From the IMG/VR virus record IMGVR_UViG_3300027749_003730, positions 1-55,284 of that record: 55,284 bases of DNA. One strand, given 5' to 3'. Below the pieces are notes generated by a model, which was given only the letters and a program-made list of their open reading frames with translations, was not told where the DNA came from and made no database searches. The DNA comes from a virus (Duplodnaviria; Caudoviricetes). Positions 16,018 through 26,115 of the stretch are shown in pieces (positions within the stretch are counted from its first letter, which is position 1; the number at the start of each line of letters is the position of its first letter). The position numbers were made by a program, and so were the translations under genes.

Positions 16018-16821
16018 TTATTCGTCTTTATATAACTTAATAATGTCACCGGCAGGATCAAGTTCCCACCATTTACCACTAGCACCAGAGCCAAAATGGC
16101 TACTTCTTGGTTTACCATGATGATTATTGTGCCAACATTCGCCAAATACTAATGGAAACAAAAATGGTATATTTTGACTTGCATCCTTTGTTGCAAAGTT
16201 TGTATAGCCTAATTTTTTTATATGATTTAAACAGTTTGTTAAATTATAGCTGAACAATGTTATTAAACACGACAACATACTAAAATATAAAAATATAGAA
16301 GGACTAATTAAAAATAAAATAAGATTAAAACTTAAAAAAAGTTTTACATAATGATCATGTACAAATACAATTTCTTTATCTCTAATAAGGTCCACAGCAT
16401 ATTTAGGTTTAAGTTGACTACCGTCTAATCTAAACATCCATAAAATAAAACTATGCAACATTCCATGAATAGGACTGTGAGGATCAGTTTCAGTATCAGG
16501 TGCTCTATGATGGTATCCGCGATGAACAATAGTCCAAAAAATAGGACTGCCTTGACCAGCCATTGATCCAGCAAATAACAGGAATCGTCTTTTCCATTTG
16601 TTAGTTAATACAAAACTATTGTGACAAAAGTACCTGTGATAACCTACTGTTATGCCCATGATCATGAATACGAAATATCCAAGTGCTGTTAAAAAGAAAT
16701 TGCTCCATTGAAAATCGGTCACTAAGGTATATCCGGCATAACTTCCCATTACTATCATAGGTACTACCACCCCTAATAAAATTGGAACTTCAATCAAGTT
16801 TTTATATATTGGTCTAAACAT
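16018..16821 (-). CDS. Membrane fatty acid (delta9-like) desaturase
   Basis: His boxes HRYFCH, HRGYHH, HNNHH; DPHSP; start at MFRPIYK. Confidence 0.9.
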   Translation of the reverse strand: MFRPIYKNLIEVPILLGVVVPMIVMGSYAGYTLVTDFQWSNFFLTALGYFVFMIMGITVGYHRYFCHNSFVLTNKWKRRFLLFAGSMAGQGSPIFWTIVHRGYHHRAPDTETDPHSPIHGMLHSFILWMFRLDGSQLKPKYAVDLIRDKEIVFVHDHYVKLFLSFNLILFLISPSIFLYFSMLSCLITLFSYNLTNCLNHIKKLGYTNFATKDASQNIPFLFPLVFGECWHNNHHGKPRSSHFGSGASGKWWELDPAGDIIKLYKDE

Positions 16822-17422
16822 TTTTAATTTTTTTTCCTGTTCTAACAATATAATCATCCTGTAGTGGGCGCCTACCCATCATCCCCCAAACCCAATCTAT
16901 ATTTGGTTGAGATCCAGCTGGAATTTCAACAGTCGTTTCATATGTATAACTGTTATTTATTTCGGGTATCATACGCTGATAAAACGCATCAAATTTACTC
17001 CATCTGCCGGGTTTGATCAAACTATGCCAAGCTGTTAGGCCCTTTTTCTCGCATTCTATGAACATAAATTCCCATAGTGGTTTCATATATCTCCTAAGGG
17101 CATTTTTTTCAGGGTCTGATTTAAGATAGACTATTACCCAATCTTTATCATAAGGATCGGGTAAATCACATCGCCATCCCACCATAGCCATTAAAGTACC
17201 TTCTTCAAATAAACCATAGAGATAATGATGGTTGTCATCATTAAGGTAATATCGTTTCATACCAGAAATCCATAGATTCCAAAAATTATCTAATTGCTCT
17301 AAGGATTTATCAATAGGTATATTTGGTTTTTTCTGGGCCCTATCCACTTCGGCCAGATGACATTTCCAAAATAGTTTTTCAATTTCGGCAATATCTGTAA
17401 GATTTAATCTTTTAATTTCCAT
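16814..17422 (-). CDS. GNAT-like hypothetical protein, paralog of 23961-24593
   Basis: IKRLNLTD...YGLFEEGTLMAM...; overlaps the desaturase start. Confidence 0.5.
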   Translation of the reverse strand: MEIKRLNLTDIAEIEKLFWKCHLAEVDRAQKKPNIPIDKSLEQLDNFWNLWISGMKRYYLNDDNHHYLYGLFEEGTLMAMVGWRCDLPDPYDKDWVIVYLKSDPEKNALRRYMKPLWEFMFIECEKKGLTAWHSLIKPGRWSKFDAFYQRMIPEINNSYTYETTVEIPAGSQPNIDWVWGMMGRRPLQDDYIVRTGKKIKNV

Positions 17423-17943
17423 TGTTTTAATATATTAACATCTCCAGTATATAATATATCCTGGAAACAATTTTCTTGTGGGCCGTTGCACATCCAAACT
17501 CTGTTTTCATACAGATAAAATTCATTACCATGTGTATTTAACGAATCTGCAAGATTGGTTAATGTATTTCTGGAATTATGTTCTCTTGAGATAAACGCAA
17601 TTTTAAAATCTGTTTTATTTTCTTTTAACCAATTATGTTGATGATCAATCATATCTAAAAATATTTGATCAATACTTTTGCTTACATGAAATTGACGATC
17701 AGCTTTCCATGTACGATTAAGGATGCGATAAGCACCGTCGGGCCATGACGTTCTTCTAAATATTGTGCTAAACAAAAATGGTATATCGTTTTTATAACCA
17801 ATACTAAATGCTTCTTGCTCTGAAAAATTAAAATTTAAAACTGAGTAATTATAAGACAACTTATCATTTCTAAGTTCTTGTTCTTTACGAAACATATTAA
17901 ACGTAGAAATTAACGGATTGTCAAATTTAAATGTACATATCAT
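17404..17943 (-). CDS. Hypothetical protein (possibly GNAT-like)
   Basis: YRILNRTW...AFISRE. Confidence 0.45.
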   Translation of the reverse strand: MICTFKFDNPLISTFNMFRKEQELRNDKLSYNYSVLNFNFSEQEAFSIGYKNDIPFLFSTIFRRTSWPDGAYRILNRTWKADRQFHVSKSIDQIFLDMIDHQHNWLKENKTDFKIAFISREHNSRNTLTNLADSLNTHGNEFYLYENRVWMCNGPQENCFQDILYTGDVNILKQWKLKD

Positions 17944-18806
17944 GCAGATTCTACAACTGTTAAGTCTTTAAATATTTCACCATCTAAAATCATTTGGAAT
18001 GGATGTTTGCCCCAGTAATCATTCTGTATCCAGCATCTATTTTCCTCATCATAATCAAACCAAGGACTATAACCTAAAACAAAATGCACACGATCAACAG
18101 ATGACTTATTCAATAAAACTGCCCTATGTGGGATATTTGTATCCCATGTATATGCATGATCAACATTAAGGTGATATGGATTTTCATTTTCCATTTGAAA
18201 TGCAAATTCTGGAGCTGTCGTTATAGGAATATTGATGCGTAGGTTAACACATATTATTTCGTCACGGTGCCAATTTAAATCTGATTGAAATTTATTAGGT
18301 TTATGATTCTTAAGTACTGCTAATCTACTTCTAGTTAAAGACCTAATTGATTTAGAATCTAAAAATTCTTTAATATATCCGTAATTATATAGTCGAGTCT
18401 TGTCAACAAATCCGTAAGTATCAAAATAACTATCTTTTAATTTGGCATGTGTTTCTGTTTGAGCGTAGAAAAATTCAGAACTACTATTCTTAGGAGTTCC
18501 TAAAGTACTACCTTCTGGATCCATATCATCTTGATGATACTTATTATATACAAAACTAAGTCCTCCGTAGACTGACGAGTTTGCAAATTTAGTTTTCCAT
18601 CCCCTAAATTTATATTCGTTAAGGGCATCAAGAGTATCTTTTGTTAATGCTTCTTTGTTATAATTTTCTAATTTAAATTCTATCTTTTTTAACGGAAGTT
18701 GATCTTTAATCTCAACCCACTTATCATAAGATTTAGTTTTATTAAAAATATAATTTTCAGTGGTTATATTATTGGGTACTTCGTCTCTATAAATTCTAAC
18801 TACCAT
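17940..18806 (-). CDS. Asp/Asn beta-hydroxylase-like oxygenase, paralog of 21347-22234
   Basis: WHRDE...NLRINIP...WDTNIPHRA...RVHFVLG; start at MVVRIY. Confidence 0.7.
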   Translation of the reverse strand: MVVRIYRDEVPNNITTENYIFNKTKSYDKWVEIKDQLPLKKIEFKLENYNKEALTKDTLDALNEYKFRGWKTKFANSSVYGGLSFVYNKYHQDDMDPEGSTLGTPKNSSSEFFYAQTETHAKLKDSYFDTYGFVDKTRLYNYGYIKEFLDSKSIRSLTRSRLAVLKNHKPNKFQSDLNWHRDEIICVNLRINIPITTAPEFAFQMENENPYHLNVDHAYTWDTNIPHRAVLLNKSSVDRVHFVLGYSPWFDYDEENRCWIQNDYWGKHPFQMILDGEIFKDLTVVESA

Positions 18807-19362
18807 TTTTGTACTCCGCAATCTCTTTATTAAATACCAACATCGCTGTTTCCCATCTTGTAAATATTTGAGGCCTAATACTAATTGACCATCTATCATT
18901 TGATGAAAAGTTTTCAACTCGATGCGGAGATCCTATATTACAGATAGTAGGAGTATCAATAGTAGTTGAGGCAATTTTGATTACTTCATTTTCCTCCCAT
19001 GACTTATAAGTAGTTCCTGCTTTTGTATCTCCGCTATTACTATTAGGACCTTTGCTAGCACTATACCAATTCATTATATGATTGTCGCTCCCCCATGCCC
19101 AGTTTAATGCCCAACAATCGTGTAGTGTATTGCCATCTATATGAATTAAACTTTTTTTAAAGGGCGGCGTTAAAAATATATAGGCTTTTATAAGTATGTT
19201 TCTATCTGCAAACCAGTTAATTAGCGCAGGATTAAGTGCGGCAAGGTCAAGAGAAAATATCTTATGTATAGGAAATATCCTATAACTTCTTTGCAACCCG
19301 TCTATATCATAATTTGGATTTATCCAAGGGATGTCTAATTTAATTTTTTTAAAGTATTCCAT
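18796..19362 (-). CDS. Cupin/2OG-Fe(II) oxygenase-like protein
   Basis: IHID...ALNW...PHRVEN...RWSISIR. Confidence 0.65.
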   Translation of the reverse strand: MEYFKKIKLDIPWINPNYDIDGLQRSYRIFPIHKIFSLDLAALNPALINWFADRNILIKAYIFLTPPFKKSLIHIDGNTLHDCWALNWAWGSDNHIMNWYSASKGPNSNSGDTKAGTTYKSWEENEVIKIASTTIDTPTICNIGSPHRVENFSSNDRWSISIRPQIFTRWETAMLVFNKEIAEYKNGS

Positions 19363-20180
19363 TATGAATTAATATCCGGATTCTCTGCTAGAGTTTTTTC
19401 TACTATTGGATAAAATTGAACCCATGCAGAATACGGAGACCCCATAATCTTAGCTGTAAAATCCAATGCAGCTTGACTCATTGCCTTCGGTTGTACTCCA
19501 TTTGCCTTCATTCCCTCTAATAAGAATTGTGTCTTACAAGCATTCTCTAAAGAAATAAACAGCCATGCTGCTTCTTCTAAAGTTTCTCCAACTGTATAAA
19601 TTCCGTGATTTTGTAATATAACTGCTTTATTCTTACCTAAGCACTTGGCCATATTGTAGCCTTCAGACTGAGTGACTATAGCCCCATTAAATTGTGTATA
19701 TACTGACAGATTATTATGAAAGATGCAAGTGTCTTCAGTTGAATAATCAATAGGAAGACCAAAGGTTGACCAAGCTGATCCGTAGTGACTATGCACATGT
19801 GCAGCAGCAACAATCTCTGGTCTCATTTTTCTAATAACGGTAAATGTAGCCCATGCTGGTCTGCTTGCTGGATAGTTCCCTTCAATAACATCACCATTAG
19901 CATTAACCCTGACCAATGACGATACAGTGACTCTAGAAAAATCTAAACCCATCGGGTTTACCCAATACGTATCAGTAAACTCTGGGTCACGAACAACGAT
20001 GTATCCACCAATTCCATCAGTATACCCGTTGTTAGCAAACACTCTACAGGCCACTACTAGGATACGTTTAATGTATTTTCTTTCGTCTTCAAAACTAGTA
20101 AACTTTGGAATTGCAGGTAATGCTCCTCCTTTTCGAGTTGAAGATGTTGGATCGTTATTGTAAATATCAGTAGTTGTCAT
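19362..20180 (-). CDS. Class II aldolase/adducin-family protein
   Basis: VRDPE...YWVNPMG.DF, AAAHVHS, ILQNHG. Confidence 0.9.
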   Translation of the reverse strand: MTTTDIYNNDPTSSTRKGGALPAIPKFTSFEDERKYIKRILVVACRVFANNGYTDGIGGYIVVRDPEFTDTYWVNPMGLDFSRVTVSSLVRVNANGDVIEGNYPASRPAWATFTVIRKMRPEIVAAAHVHSHYGSAWSTFGLPIDYSTEDTCIFHNNLSVYTQFNGAIVTQSEGYNMAKCLGKNKAVILQNHGIYTVGETLEEAAWLFISLENACKTQFLLEGMKANGVQPKAMSQAALDFTAKIMGSPYSAWVQFYPIVEKTLAENPDINS

Positions 20181-20274
20181 GATTATAGTTAAATAGTATG
20201 GATATTTAGTAGACGTACCACGGTGTATATACGAGTCGTGGACTAAGGATAAATAGTTAAAAGGTAATAATGCT

Positions 20275-20829
20275 ATGCTTTATTTAAGAATACATACAAC
20301 TCAAAAGAAAACTGGTCACGAAGAATTTATAAATCAAATATTTTCAACAGATCCTGATCCAAAAACTCGATCAATAGTACGTCCCGATGATTGGGCAATT
20401 GGCATAACTCCAGAATCTACTCCAGGTTTTAGATTAGTTAAAGAACATGATTTAACACATTTGCCTGGAGGTCCAGGAAGATACACATATACTGATCAGA
20501 AAGCGGCTGATCATTCTTTGTTCCAATATGCATTAGTACTTTATCAATTAGTAATTTTGAAAGATATATTACTGAGATACAATAAGGTAGATGCTGATGG
20601 AAAACTATTAACTTATATTGTAGCTTCAAGTAAAGAATTATGGGATACTGCTATTGATAAAGAATATAATTCATTAACAACACAGATATCAGAACTATTT
20701 GATATTACAAATAGCGATAAAGAAATAACAGAGAGTGAATATACTACGTTAGTGACTGATATCTATAATGATATTAACAACATGAAAAATAACAATATTG
20801 GAAAATGTCGACTAGATTGTATTAAATAA
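20275..20829 (+). CDS. Hypothetical protein
   Basis: 184 aa ORF, divergent from the aldolase, TAAATA upstream. Confidence 0.6.
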   Translation: MLYLRIHTTQKKTGHEEFINQIFSTDPDPKTRSIVRPDDWAIGITPESTPGFRLVKEHDLTHLPGGPGRYTYTDQKAADHSLFQYALVLYQLVILKDILLRYNKVDADGKLLTYIVASSKELWDTAIDKEYNSLTTQISELFDITNSDKEITESEYTTLVTDIYNDINNMKNNNIGKCRLDCIK

Positions 20830-21346
20830 TACATCCAACAAGAGCATATCGATCAAAATTTGAATGATTAAACACTTTATGAGAATATGAAGTGTTTAAT
20901 CTATAAACAGTTCCTACTTGTTTGTCTAACACAATTTCTTTGTTTTTAACTTTAAAAATAAAATCGCTTGAGAAATTTAAATCACAGTGTAGTCTAACTT
21001 GATCGTCAAAATCTACATGCCAGTCTAAACCAAATCCGGGTTTCATTACAGCAACTCTTAGTTCTTTAGTTTTAATAGATAACTCTTTTTCTACGTGATC
21101 AACAAGCTGTTGATTTAGATAAGTTTGAATATAATTAGAAACAATATATTCATGATGTGCTTTAACATAGTCCGAACTTATTGAGTTTGAATATCGAGCA
21201 TTCAACGATTCAACTACATTATTGTCATTAGTATCAGCAAAATCAATAAGACTCATTGTTAGCTCATTTGAAATATTTCCAATAATGCTATGTAGTTCTT
21301 GTTTACGAAGAGCTGATAATTTTTTTAGAACTTCAAGTTTTTCCAT
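20822..21346 (-). CDS. Asp/Asn beta-hydroxylase-like oxygenase
   Basis: RVAVMKPG...WHVD...RLH...SHKVFN...RYALV. Confidence 0.7.
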   Translation of the reverse strand: MEKLEVLKKLSALRKQELHSIIGNISNELTMSLIDFADTNDNNVVESLNARYSNSISSDYVKAHHEYIVSNYIQTYLNQQLVDHVEKELSIKTKELRVAVMKPGFGLDWHVDFDDQVRLHCDLNFSSDFIFKVKNKEIVLDKQVGTVYRLNTSYSHKVFNHSNFDRYALVGCII

Positions 21347-22234
21347 TTAGGTAGCTTCTTTAAATTTTAATCCGGGTATAGTATGTCCGCCCACTAAAAT
21401 ATCAAACGGATGCATATTTCCGTAGTATTCATTTATATTCCAACTATCGTCAGTTTCATCGTAATAGAACCAAGGACTAATTCCAATAACAAGATGTGCT
21501 CTAATCTTATCTGCTATCTGATCTGAAAAAACTCTATGCATTAACCCTGTATCCCAAGAATAGCTTTTCCCTGTTTCTAAATGATAAGGTTTCCCGTCTT
21601 TCATTTGAAATTTAAAAATAGGATCAGTAATCATAGGAACATTCAATCTTAAATTTTCAAATATAGATTCGTCGTGATGCCAGCCGTAGGTTTTTAATTC
21701 TGATGGATCATTAAATTTATCTGCATGTATTATTGACATTCTCCCTCTAGTCAAACTTAATTTAAATGAATCAAGAAACTCTCCAAGATAGCCAGTCGTT
21801 GATGCTGGGGTTCTACATCTAAACCCTAATGTATCAAGATAAGTATTTTTCTTATAAACTATATCATTTTGATACATTTTAAAATCTACCATTTTATTTG
21901 TACCTAGTGAGCTTTGGTGCAGATTCATAACATCAGAATGATCGGGATTATACATTAAACTAAATCCGGTATAAATCTCACTTGTTAATGATGTTCCGTC
22001 GGAGTCCGACTTAATCCAACCGTGATCACCATGTGTAGCTAATGCCGTATTAGTTGATTCCCATAGCTTTGTATGATCAATATCTATGTTTTCGAATACA
22101 ATAGTTTTTGTGTCAACTGGCACCAACTTTGGTAGTATAGATTTTATAAGAGATTTGTAGTCAGTCTGAGATGCAATATAACTAGATATTGTCATATCGC
22201 CTGGAACTTCGGATATTAGAAATTTTGTTTTCAT
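21347..22234 (-). CDS. Asp/Asn beta-hydroxylase-like oxygenase
   Basis: WHHDE...NLRLNVP...WDTGLMHRV...RAHLVIG. Confidence 0.7.
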   Translation of the reverse strand: MKTKFLISEVPGDMTISSYIASQTDYKSLIKSILPKLVPVDTKTIVFENIDIDHTKLWESTNTALATHGDHGWIKSDSDGTSLTSEIYTGFSLMYNPDHSDVMNLHQSSLGTNKMVDFKMYQNDIVYKKNTYLDTLGFRCRTPASTTGYLGEFLDSFKLSLTRGRMSIIHADKFNDPSELKTYGWHHDESIFENLRLNVPMITDPIFKFQMKDGKPYHLETGKSYSWDTGLMHRVFSDQIADKIRAHLVIGISPWFYYDETDDSWNINEYYGNMHPFDILVGGHTIPGLKFKEAT

Positions 22235-22280
22235 ATTTTTTAATTAGTAAATACTAACGAACTATTTATAGACTGGGCAT

Positions 22281-23201
22281 ATGGAACAAAAAATAATTGT
22301 ATATCAAAAACTACCGTCATTGATAGACACATGGGAGGCTGAACAAAATCCTTTCAAAGTTGTCATTGCCGATATCACTCATAAGTGTAATATGGAGTGT
22401 AATAATTGTTATATTCCTAACAGAGATTTTCCAGACATGGATACTGATACATTGGTTAATTTCGTAAAAAGATTACCCAATCGAGTTGAGCTGAGATTGA
22501 TAGGTGCAGAACCTACAATGAACGACGACTTGCCAAATTTAATTCAGAGATTAACTTCTGAGACAGCACATAGGATAATATTGTTAACTAATGGATTAAA
22601 GCTGGCCAGCAGACGATATGCAGAAACTTTAAAAAATGCAGGATTAAAATATCTTTATATCAGTATGAACGGGTTAGACAATGACAATTGGTACGAAAAA
22701 ATAGACGGTCTTGCCTGTGCTAAAAATAAAATCAAAGCATTGGAAAATGCAGTTGATCTTGGATTTGCTATTGATATAGGATGTATTTTAGTTAAAGGTG
22801 TAAATGAATCTGCTGTTGATAAAATACTGCCTATATTAAAAAAAGTAGGAATGACCAACGGTGTGATTAGATTTAAAAATGTAGGGCAAGTTGGCAGATA
22901 TCAACTTGAGTCAGATCAAAATTTAAGCATAGAAAATATTTCTAAAATGTGTTCGACTGCATGGAATATAGATTTAAACAAAATAGAAAATAGTAAAAAC
23001 TTAGGGGCTGGGAGAGAATTTGAAACTCGATACTTTTCGATAGATAATAGTACTCATCGAGGTTTAGGTTTTTGGTGTAAGATAACTGATTGGGAATATA
23101 TCAGTGCAGGTGGTGTTTCTTATCGTCGAGGAAGGATAACTGAAGATTGGAAGCTAGCTGGTTTTAGCGAGCATGTTAAGGCCAACGAAGGCGGATATTA
23201 A
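22281..23201 (+). CDS. Radical SAM protein (MoaA-like core)
   Basis: CNMECNNC, GAEPT, TNG, ISMNG. Confidence 0.85.
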   Translation: MEQKIIVYQKLPSLIDTWEAEQNPFKVVIADITHKCNMECNNCYIPNRDFPDMDTDTLVNFVKRLPNRVELRLIGAEPTMNDDLPNLIQRLTSETAHRIILLTNGLKLASRRYAETLKNAGLKYLYISMNGLDNDNWYEKIDGLACAKNKIKALENAVDLGFAIDIGCILVKGVNESAVDKILPILKKVGMTNGVIRFKNVGQVGRYQLESDQNLSIENISKMCSTAWNIDLNKIENSKNLGAGREFETRYFSIDNSTHRGLGFWCKITDWEYISAGGVSYRRGRITEDWKLAGFSEHVKANEGGY

Positions 23202-23971
23202 TCTTTAATTGATATTAAAGGAACGATGTATTTTGCTAGATCAAATTCTCCAGGATTCCTAGCATACGTATAGTTCTTCGAGTCTAGATGATGATTATGA
23301 TGTAAAGTATTTCCTAAACTTAAAATCATCATTATCTTAGATTTTAAATTTACAGAATTATCCGTAGTAGTTCCAGTAGTATACCCGTAGTCTAAATCGT
23401 GTGCAAAGCTATTAACAAATCCCTCAATGTGAAAATGATATACTGCACCACCTACCATAAAGAATACAGCCGCTTGACAACTTATTATTGATAGTAGTAT
23501 AAGTGATAACCACCATATCTTAAAATAATTTCTATGCATGAATTTTAAGATAGGATCCCTTAACAATTGTCTATTAAGTTTTGGCCAAACAATATCCATA
23601 TTATGCCATAGTAGCCAACTCCATAGTTTACCCTTCAATGGAGTATGTGGATCTAATTCCTTATCAGAATTAGCATGATGTAGTCTTATATGTATTGCTT
23701 CTACTTCTATTGGAGTTCCGTTGCCGCACAGTAGTGCAATATATGCACCAAAATAAGCCAATGCTGGATATGTTTTAAATGACTTATGGCACCAATATCT
23801 GTGCATGAATATAGTAAAACCTAAATATCCAAATACAAGATATCCTAAAGGAATCAATAATAAATTCCAAACTGAGGTATATCCTGCAAGAATAGAAATG
23901 ATTCCTACAAGTAAAATAATGTGTTGGGGGACTATTATTTTCCAAATATGTGGTTTTAGTTTATTTTTCAT
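23198..23971 (-). CDS. Membrane fatty acid desaturase
   Basis: HRYWCH, HIRLHH, HHNHH; DPHTP. Confidence 0.9.
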   Translation of the reverse strand: MKNKLKPHIWKIIVPQHIILLVGIISILAGYTSVWNLLLIPLGYLVFGYLGFTIFMHRYWCHKSFKTYPALAYFGAYIALLCGNGTPIEVEAIHIRLHHANSDKELDPHTPLKGKLWSWLLWHNMDIVWPKLNRQLLRDPILKFMHRNYFKIWWLSLILLSIISCQAAVFFMVGGAVYHFHIEGFVNSFAHDLDYGYTTGTTTDNSVNLKSKIMMILSLGNTLHHNHHLDSKNYTYARNPGEFDLAKYIVPLISIKD

Positions 23972-24593
23972 TAAATTCCAAAGTCAATGCTTTTTGTAAA
24001 TCTGGGTTAACATTGTTTCTAAATTTTTGTTTGCAAGTAAACTTTAATACCATAGTTTCATAGTCTAAAGGTTTTCCGTGATATAAGATTGTATTGAAAA
24101 ATGTCCAATTAGTAAACTGACCTGCAGGTACAACTTCTTCTACAGTTCTTTCGTAATTTAAAAACTTAGGAACATGTTTCATGTAAATGTTGTGATATTT
24201 TTTATACTGCAATCTAGAAATCTCTGTTGTTCGCAACATATAAAAATCATATAAATTTTTAGACTCTTGGTCTTCAATTAATCGAGTCCATAATTCTGCC
24301 CATCCATTTCTAACTGGATCATATATATTGTTTGGCTTTAGATTCCTCCAATTATAAACAACATAGGCCGGTAAATGCTTAAAATCAACAATTGAAATCA
24401 TACTTGTTAATTCGTTAGCATCATTATAGTAGCCATAGACTGTGCTATTTGGAGTTCGAAAAATAGCATAGGTATATTTTAAAAATTCTTCTTCAGATAC
24501 GTTTTGTCTAGTTTGAGCAACTCGATGATATGGCAGTGCTTTGATGGCGGTTGCTAAACTATCCCAGTCGTCTGGTGTTAATACTTTAATCAT
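23961..24593 (-). CDS. GNAT-like hypothetical protein
   Basis: IKVLTPDD...YGYYND...EVVPAGQ; aligns by eye with 16814-17422. Confidence 0.5.
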   Translation of the reverse strand: MIKVLTPDDWDSLATAIKALPYHRVAQTRQNVSEEEFLKYTYAIFRTPNSTVYGYYNDANELTSMISIVDFKHLPAYVVYNWRNLKPNNIYDPVRNGWAELWTRLIEDQESKNLYDFYMLRTTEISRLQYKKYHNIYMKHVPKFLNYERTVEEVVPAGQFTNWTFFNTILYHGKPLDYETMVLKFTCKQKFRNNVNPDLQKALTLEFNEK

Positions 24594-24652
24594 AAAATAT
24601 TTAGTGTATGCTAACTAGGCACATAAATAATTGCCAGCCTAAGGAAGTTTAA

Positions 24653-24880
24653 ATGAATTATGAAATAATAGTCACTGAAGCTATTTCTAAGTTAATTAAA
24701 AGACCAGTATCGGAAATACTAACAACGTCTAATTTACAAGACGACTTACAACTAGACAGCTTAGATATTGTAGAATTACTAATGGATATTGAGGACGAGT
24801 CATTACAAGATTTAGATCCCAATATTTTTGAAAACTGTAATACAGTAGGGGATCTTATCAGCATCCTCGAAAGGAAATAA
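24653..24880 (+). CDS. acpP: Acyl carrier protein
   Basis: Acidic 75 aa; DLQLDSLDIVELLMDIED...TVGDL (phosphopantetheine Ser). Confidence 0.9.
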   Translation: MNYEIIVTEAISKLIKRPVSEILTTSNLQDDLQLDSLDIVELLMDIEDESLQDLDPNIFENCNTVGDLISILERK

Positions 24881-24883
24881 TTT

Positions 24884-25237
24884 ATGAAAGTACTTGTCAC
24901 ATTTAACGGTGGCCCCGAATGGAATCCTGATGATTATAGCGTTCCCCATCATCACATAGCTCACGGTGTTTCAGAAGAGTTTATGAAAAAAAGTTTAGAA
25001 TGGATATACAAAATTCCGGGATTACTCGGAGCATCTACTGATAAGCCAAAAGATCCAACCACTGGAATTAATTGGATTACTACTTTAGAGTTTACTAATG
25101 CACCTAATCAAATAATAGACAGTGTCCCAGCAACTGAAGATATTATTTCTAATTACATAATAACAGAATTCAAATCTAATATTATTCCTGAGTTATCTAA
25201 AGTTGGATATAAAATAGATATTACAACAGCACAATGA
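24884..25237 (+). CDS. Hypothetical protein
   Basis: 117 aa ORF coupled to ACP and the PLP enzyme. Confidence 0.6.
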   Translation: MKVLVTFNGGPEWNPDDYSVPHHHIAHGVSEEFMKKSLEWIYKIPGLLGASTDKPKDPTTGINWITTLEFTNAPNQIIDSVPATEDIISNYIITEFKSNIIPELSKVGYKIDITTAQ

Positions 25238-26085
25238 TTAATCAATACTATAATAAATTAACAAAGCCTATTAGAGATTCTAAAATAACAGAAATTTTAA
25301 AAAGTATTGACACAACTAAAATTTTTCCTGCCGATGTTGAATTTAATTTTAAAGAAAGGCTAGCAGTTAAAAATGAACTGATTTCTCAATTTATTCCCTG
25401 GGTTGGAAACTTTTTAAATGGACTATCAGCGTTTACTCACAAGTATATAGCTAACGGTAATTCTGATGCGCTTAACATGGTGTTTATGAAAAAAGGTTTC
25501 AATCGAGTATGCTTTTTAAAAAATGAATATAGTTATTACTCTTATCTATGTAAAACATTAAACATTGAGTATCTTGAGTTAGAAACTTTTGAAATTAATC
25601 TGTTATCTAGTACAGATTTATTTTTAATCAGTTTACCTTCTAGTTATGACGGATCATCAACCGAACGTATTGAAATGATTAATCAATTACAACAAGCAGG
25701 AATGAATATATTCATTGACATTGCATACTGCGGACTAACTGATCCATTTTATCTAAATTTAACATCTACAAAGAATACAGTTGTATCTTTTACCTTTAGT
25801 AAATCTTCATCGTTATCCTACAATAGGATAGCACTTATGTTTTCAGACTCGGAAATACCAAGTTTGGAAATTATGAATAAAATAGGATATGTTAATTTAG
25901 CAGGAGCAAATGCTGCCATTGCTATCATGAAGTCTATTCCAGTAGATTACTTTTATATTAATTATAAAGATCAATATGAAGATATTTGTAAATCCCAAAA
26001 TATAACACCAACTAAGTGTATATTATTTGGGCATGATCAAAATAATGATAAATTTTGTACAACTCCTTACTATAAAACTACTTGA
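25234..26085 (+). CDS. PLP-dependent fold-type I enzyme (aminotransferase-like, compact)
   Basis: GNSDAL, ISLP...G, IDIAY, FSKS...RI. Confidence 0.7.
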   Translation: MINQYYNKLTKPIRDSKITEILKSIDTTKIFPADVEFNFKERLAVKNELISQFIPWVGNFLNGLSAFTHKYIANGNSDALNMVFMKKGFNRVCFLKNEYSYYSYLCKTLNIEYLELETFEINLLSSTDLFLISLPSSYDGSSTERIEMINQLQQAGMNIFIDIAYCGLTDPFYLNLTSTKNTVVSFTFSKSSSLSYNRIALMFSDSEIPSLEIMNKIGYVNLAGANAAIAIMKSIPVDYFYINYKDQYEDICKSQNITPTKCILFGHDQNNDKFCTTPYYKTT

Positions 26086-26110
26086 CTTTACTTTGTCTAG
26101 CATGTATAAT
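26082..26110 (+). promoter_or_regulatory. Sigma70-type promoter
   Basis: TTGACT-17-TATAAT; ATG only 5 nt downstream. Confidence 0.8.
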
Positions 26111-26115
26111 ACAGT

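Noticed and set aside
20219-20241. CCACG/CGTGG inverted repeat in a divergent intergenic gap
   Set aside because: Only 5 bp and not repeated elsewhere; insufficient support.
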